Positions 44,953-49,013 of a stretch of 49,013 bases of DNA are shown in pieces. Positions within the stretch are counted from its first letter, which is position 1, and each line of letters opens with the position of its first letter. The DNA comes from Bacillota bacterium (lineage in GTDB: Bacteria > Bacillota_I > Bacilli_A > RFN20 > CAG-826). The stretch lies in the NCBI GenBank assembly GCA_036822315.1, contig DAISHV010000001.1:1-49013 (forward strand). Direction: 5' to 3'. The position numbers and the translations under genes were made by a program. The notes below the pieces were generated by a model, which saw only the letters and a program-made list of their open reading frames with translations, was not told the DNA's origin and made no database searches.

Positions 44953-44972
44953 TGCTACAATTACACGTGAGG
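44953..44972 (+). promoter_or_regulatory. Extended -10 promoter (TGcTACAAT) and GAGG SD of the M24 peptidase gene
   Basis: TGcTACAAT at 44953-44961. GAGG at 44969-44972, 9 nt before the ATG at 44982. Confidence 0.5.
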
Positions 44973-44981
44973 TAAAAACCT

Positions 44982-46163
44982 ATGAATTTAGAAAAAATAC
45001 GCTCAGTCTTGTCGGCGAACAACGCCCAAGCTTGGATTTTGGTCGATTATGAAAATCGCAACCCGATGACCACGACTTTCCTCGGAAACAAAATGCTGAC
45101 TCGCAAAATCTTCATCGTGATTCCGCTTAATGAGAAACCATACCTCATTACTCACGCGATTGATACCGTCTTCTTGAGTGATGCCGAAACCCAAAAGAGC
45201 TTCGATTTGCGGGTATATCATACCTGGCAAGAGATGCTCGATCTTGAAAAACAATCCTTCGCTTCTTACCACAAAGTCCTGATGGACATCTCGGAAAAGG
45301 GTCTCCTTCCTCGGGTCTCATTAGCGGATTATGGCTCCGTCAGCTATATCCAATCCCTCGGTCTTGAAGTGGCCTCTTCAGCCGATATCTTACAGGCTTT
45401 CTCTGCCGCTTATTCCGAACGAGCCCATCAATTGCAGCTCGAAGCCTGCCGCTTAACCTTGGCTATCAAAGACGAGGCGTTTCATAGAATCAAAGAAGAC
45501 ATCAACAAAAAGAACCTTTCTGATGAATATGACATCCAACAATTCATTTGCCGAAGATTCCACGAATCCGGCATGGTCTATGATGATCCCGCCATCGTCG
45601 CGATTGGACGAACTGCCAACAATCCGCATTACGGGCCGACAAAAGAAATCCATTCGATCATTCATCGGGGCGATCTCGTCCTGATCGATATGTGGGCAAA
45701 AATGGATGACCCAGAAGGCGTTTATGCCGACATCACTTGGATGGGATACGTTGGCCAAATTGTTCCAAAAATCTTTGCAGATCGCTTCTCGATTGTTAAA
45801 AATGCACGGAATTCCGCCATTGAATTTTTGAAGAAAGAACTACCACAAAGGAAAGTTGAAGGCTATGAGGTTGACGATGTGGCGCGCAAAGTCATCTCCG
45901 AGGCGGGATATGGAGAATATTTCATCCACCGCACCGGTCACAACATCGCCGTTGATGTTTCCCCACACGGTCCCGGCGCCAACATGGACGATTACGAATC
46001 TCATGATACCCGTGAACTCATTGATCACACTTCTTTCTCTATTGAGCCTGGAATTTATGCGCCTGATTTTGGCGTTCGGAGCGAAACCAACGTCTTCGTT
46101 GATGGAAAAAATCCCGTGGTTGTCGCGGGATTACAAGACGAAATCATTCCAATTCTTCGCTAG
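44982..46163 (+). CDS. M24-family metallopeptidase (Xaa-Pro aminopeptidase/dipeptidase-like)
   Basis: Pita-bread fold metal ligands: DLVLIDMWA..YADITW, HRTGHNIAVD, SIEPGIY, ETNVFV. Confidence 0.85.
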   Translation: MNLEKIRSVLSANNAQAWILVDYENRNPMTTTFLGNKMLTRKIFIVIPLNEKPYLITHAIDTVFLSDAETQKSFDLRVYHTWQEMLDLEKQSFASYHKVLMDISEKGLLPRVSLADYGSVSYIQSLGLEVASSADILQAFSAAYSERAHQLQLEACRLTLAIKDEAFHRIKEDINKKNLSDEYDIQQFICRRFHESGMVYDDPAIVAIGRTANNPHYGPTKEIHSIIHRGDLVLIDMWAKMDDPEGVYADITWMGYVGQIVPKIFADRFSIVKNARNSAIEFLKKELPQRKVEGYEVDDVARKVISEAGYGEYFIHRTGHNIAVDVSPHGPGANMDDYESHDTRELIDHTSFSIEPGIYAPDFGVRSETNVFVDGKNPVVVAGLQDEIIPILR

Positions 46164-47188
46164 TTAAATTTGACTAGTTTGTGCGCAAGCTTATAGTCAA
46201 ACTTCACGGCTTTTACGCCGGCTTTTCCTGGCATGGTGAGCGAGATGAGAGCCCAATGGGAACGAACGAAACGATAAAAACGCGGATTGCTGTTACGGCA
46301 ATGAGCCCAGAAAGCCTTCAGATCTTCTTTGGACTCGGGGCTTCCGTTGAGCCGAGCAAAAGTCGGAACCATGACGAAATTCAAAAGCAAATGGTGATAC
46401 ATTGCCCGAAATAAGGCGTGATTTTGATGGCGAATCTTCATCAAATTCGCCGAATCGAAAATCAATTGACCATCCGTAATGAAATCGCGGTATTTTCGGA
46501 TGCAAGTCGCGCTTTCCATCGATTGGCCTTCCCGACCAATGAGATATTGATAGAGATCAGCATTCACGTAAGAAATGTTTTTAACGTAAGGAAGCGGAGC
46601 ATAAACGAAGTAGTTGTCCTCATAAGAAACGTGTTGGGGGCAAAGGACTTTGGCTTCACGTAGCACGCTGGTTTTAAACATCGCCGAATGCAAAGTGATA
46701 TTGCTCGAATATTTGAAGTTGCGAAGGTTTTTCCAGGTTCCATCCGTTCGTTTGCCACGGAAAAGATAACGATAGGAAATAACTTGACCCCGGTGATCAC
46801 GTCCTTGCCAATAGACGTAATTGGTCAAATACAAATCGGCCCAGCCATCATGGGCGGAAATATGATCGAGAAGCTTTCTCAAAGCATTTTCATCGACCCA
46901 ATCATCGCTATCAAGAACTTTGAAATAGAGGCCTGTGGCCTCATGTAAACCGTGATTGATTCCTTCACCATGTCCACCATTGGGCTGGTGAATTGCACGG
47001 ACAAAAGGATAACTCCGGGCGTAGTCATCGGCGATCATGCCCGTCTCGTCTTTGGAGCCGTCGTCGATAATGAGAACCTCAATCTGTTCGCCGAAAGGCA
47101 AAAGACTGTCGACGGCAAAATGAAGAAACGGAGCCGAATTATAAGCAGGAATGACGAAGGTTATTAGTTTTTGATTCGATTTTGCCAT
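46160..47188 (-). CDS. Family-2 glycosyltransferase (GT-A fold)
   Basis: FVIPAYNSAPFL, IIDDGSKDET, DxD LDSDDW. No obvious TM. Its stop overlaps the M24 stop through the palindrome CTAG. Confidence 0.85.
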   Translation of the reverse strand: MAKSNQKLITFVIPAYNSAPFLHFAVDSLLPFGEQIEVLIIDDGSKDETGMIADDYARSYPFVRAIHQPNGGHGEGINHGLHEATGLYFKVLDSDDWVDENALRKLLDHISAHDGWADLYLTNYVYWQGRDHRGQVISYRYLFRGKRTDGTWKNLRNFKYSSNITLHSAMFKTSVLREAKVLCPQHVSYEDNYFVYAPLPYVKNISYVNADLYQYLIGREGQSMESATCIRKYRDFITDGQLIFDSANLMKIRHQNHALFRAMYHHLLLNFVMVPTFARLNGSPESKEDLKAFWAHCRNSNPRFYRFVRSHWALISLTMPGKAGVKAVKFDYKLAHKLVKFN

Positions 47189-47259
47189 AAATGAAGGCTT
47201 TTTATTATTCGCCTCTCCTTTCGTTCTTTTAAAGTTTTTCTTTCTTTTATATTAACGCT

Positions 47260-48387
47260 TTAGGCTGCCGTTTTGTTGTTGGCCATGAGGTTTTTGACCT
47301 CGCGGGGATCGATGGAGTCGGTGCCACCGCCTGTCGGGAAGATGATTTTGAAGATAAAGAAGAAAACCACCATCGAAATGCCGCCAGTAACAAACATGAC
47401 CAAGAGGTTATAGATTCCTGAAGCAAGATAATGCGAAGCAAACGGAATCCACAATCCGTTAACCATGTTGCAAAGTAACGAAATCAAAACCCAGCCGATG
47501 AAATACCACAGAATCTGCCACGGAACGTTGCCATGGCTCTTAAAAGTAATGTTGCGTTGAAGCGGGAAGTTGATGATTTGGGAAGTAAACGTTGCGATTT
47601 CGAAAGCCAAGAAATAGCCTAAGCCACCCCCGATGATGACCTCACCAGCTTTGTTGCGGACAATGTCATAACCCAAGATGTTCCAATAGAGGGTCTCCAC
47701 CACTTGAGTCGAAGGATCCGTATAGGTTCCGAGGACAATTTGCGGCCACATAAATGGGGTACCGGCAAGTCCGATGCCGAAAGCCATCGGCAAAAAGACC
47801 AAGATAAGGTATTGATAAATCGTGACGCCTTCGGAAAATACGATGAAGTAGAAAATTTGGTAAATCCAACTTGCCAAAGAAGGATTTGAAATCTCCAACT
47901 TCCTCCACCAATTCATATAAGCTTGGCAGAAACGAGTTTGTCCTAAATTAAAGAAGAAACGATGAATCCGTCCGCCCAAATCGTAACGTTGGGCCAAAGC
48001 TTCGCCTTTTTCTTGGACGAGAGCCGCATGTTTTTCCCGATAAGCAGCGAAACCGGTTTTAACGTCTTCTTGATGCTTTTTCTTTTGTTCAAGATCAAAG
48101 GCTTTTTTCTCTTCGGGCGAAAGCTGAGCACGTTTGGCTTTTAACTCAGCCTTGGCTTGCTTTTTAGCTTTCTTTTCCGCCGTCTTTGCTTCGTTAGCGG
48201 CTTTAGTTCGTTTGGCATTTTCCGCTTTTAAAAAGGCTTTTTCTTCCGGAGTTAAAGCTTTGAGGGCTTTTGCTTTTTCATCATCGACCCGTTTGCCTTC
48301 TTGTTGCTCGGCCTTTTTCTTCGCTTTATAAGAAGCGATTGCGGCCTTCTTTTCTTCCGGGGTAATTTGCTTTGCTTTATACCACAT
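47260..48387 (-). CDS. GtrA-like polytopic membrane protein with a ~135-aa K/A/E-rich N-terminal extension
   Basis: C-terminal ~230 aa contain several TM segments with GtrA-type motifs (INFPLQRNITFK and the terminal FFFIFKIIFP). The N-terminus carries three (I/L)(T/S)PEEK(K)A repeats. AAGGAG SD. Confidence 0.5.
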   Translation of the reverse strand: MWYKAKQITPEEKKAAIASYKAKKKAEQQEGKRVDDEKAKALKALTPEEKAFLKAENAKRTKAANEAKTAEKKAKKQAKAELKAKRAQLSPEEKKAFDLEQKKKHQEDVKTGFAAYREKHAALVQEKGEALAQRYDLGGRIHRFFFNLGQTRFCQAYMNWWRKLEISNPSLASWIYQIFYFIVFSEGVTIYQYLILVFLPMAFGIGLAGTPFMWPQIVLGTYTDPSTQVVETLYWNILGYDIVRNKAGEVIIGGGLGYFLAFEIATFTSQIINFPLQRNITFKSHGNVPWQILWYFIGWVLISLLCNMVNGLWIPFASHYLASGIYNLLVMFVTGGISMVVFFFIFKIIFPTGGGTDSIDPREVKNLMANNKTAA

Positions 48388-48398
48388 AATCGTTCTCC

Positions 48399-49013
48399 TT
48401 AGGCCTTGGCCTGATTTTGCTTCTTTAACAACTTGGCTTCTGCTTTTCTTTGTTTACGGAAGATATGACCTTGATGCAAGAAATGGTTCAATCCTTTAAA
48501 GAAGTGACCATTGCACATCAAAATCAAACCATCAAGTTGTTTCCAACAAATCGCTCCGCCGGACATCCGTGACATATTCCGAAGCGGATTCTCGTAGATG
48601 CCCATGAGAAGCGTATTCGCGTCAGCACGATGACCAATACGTCTTAAAAAATGAATAATATGCCGAATGGCCCGTTCAAAGAAACGGCCAAACCACCCTG
48701 GTGAATATTTCAAATCGCAAACCGCGGTTCCACAATCGACCAAAATCCGGTTCCGCTTAATATAAACTCGCCGATCTTCGGGAATCGCATGTCCAAGAAT
48801 TTTTTCAAATTCTTCATCAGAGATTTCACGGACTTTCCCACTCATATAGTGGGGAATTGCAGGGATTTCATAAGGTTGGGGAGCCGTTGTTCCTTCTTGC
48901 GAAATCGTGCCCGAAAGACGAATATCCAAACTCGAAGAGCCGATTTCAAGTCGATAATTTCCGCCTTCGATTTCGAAACGGTTGCTCTTCACGTTGAAGT
49001 AACGGAAACTCTT
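48399..49013 (-). CDS. 3' end of a glycoside hydrolase family 3 (beta-glucosidase-like) gene with an extra C-terminal region; partial, runs off the window
   Basis: The frame is open to the window edge (KSFRYFNVKSNRFEIEGGNYRLEIGSSSLDIRLSG, the typical GH3 Fn3-like C-terminal strand pattern). It is followed by ~150 further residues rich in His/Arg/Cys and a basic tail. Confidence 0.6.
   Translation of the reverse strand, partial: KSFRYFNVKSNRFEIEGGNYRLEIGSSSLDIRLSGTISQEGTTAPQPYEIPAIPHYMSGKVREISDEEFEKILGHAIPEDRRVYIKRNRILVDCGTAVCDLKYSPGWFGRFFERAIRHIIHFLRRIGHRADANTLLMGIYENPLRNMSRMSGGAICWKQLDGLILMCNGHFFKGLNHFLHQGHIFRKQRKAEAKLLKKQNQAKA

Noticed and set aside
1-49013. Window-wide scan for CRISPR arrays, tRNA/rRNA genes, IS elements, integrases and prophage remnants.
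   Set aside because: Intergenic space is at most ~160 bp anywhere in the window. I found no direct-repeat/spacer periodicity, no cloverleaf-sized gaps, and no transposase, integrase or recombinase-like ORFs. The only tandem repetition is low-complexity coding sequence.

Overview
The window is a gene-dense stretch of chromosome, roughly 95% coding, with no rRNA, tRNA, CRISPR array, transposase or integrase that I can see. Gene content and order look like a small-genome Bacillota lineage (Erysipelotrichia- or Mollicutes-like); that placement is inference only. The standard genetic code applies: both RF1 and RF2 are present, and prfB carries the classical CTT-TGA-C +1 frameshift site.

Most genes belong to conserved housekeeping blocks:
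- secA-prfB-yitT-uvrB-HAD
- comFA-comFC
- prfA-prmC-tsaC-rpiB
- dnaX-ybaB-recR-tmk-holB-ricT-rsmI
- folD and secG

Genes are packed tightly. Many neighbours share ATGA or TAATG overlaps, and two convergent gene pairs overlap at their stop codons with no terminator between them.

The less ordinary content is:
1. An 870-aa fusion of a SpeA-type arginine decarboxylase to agmatine deiminase, followed by aguB.
2. A divergent ThyX-fold protein translationally coupled to folD.
3. A fused double-DUF1538 membrane protein with a fused tandem PII-like protein.
4. A three-gene cassette: a 49-aa ORF missing from the ORF track, an XRE regulator, and a seven-fold PF(L)DEDD-repeat protein.
5. An ECF sigma factor with an atypical repeat-bearing membrane partner.
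6. A MerR-type promoter with a 19-bp spacer driving a flavoprotein operon.
7. Several promoters placed so close to ATG codons lacking a Shine-Dalgarno (SD) sequence that the mRNAs would be leaderless.
8. P/A/K/E/T-rich low-complexity tails on several core proteins, including a SecA with no C-terminal zinc finger.

All functional calls rest on motif recognition by eye. No database search was possible.
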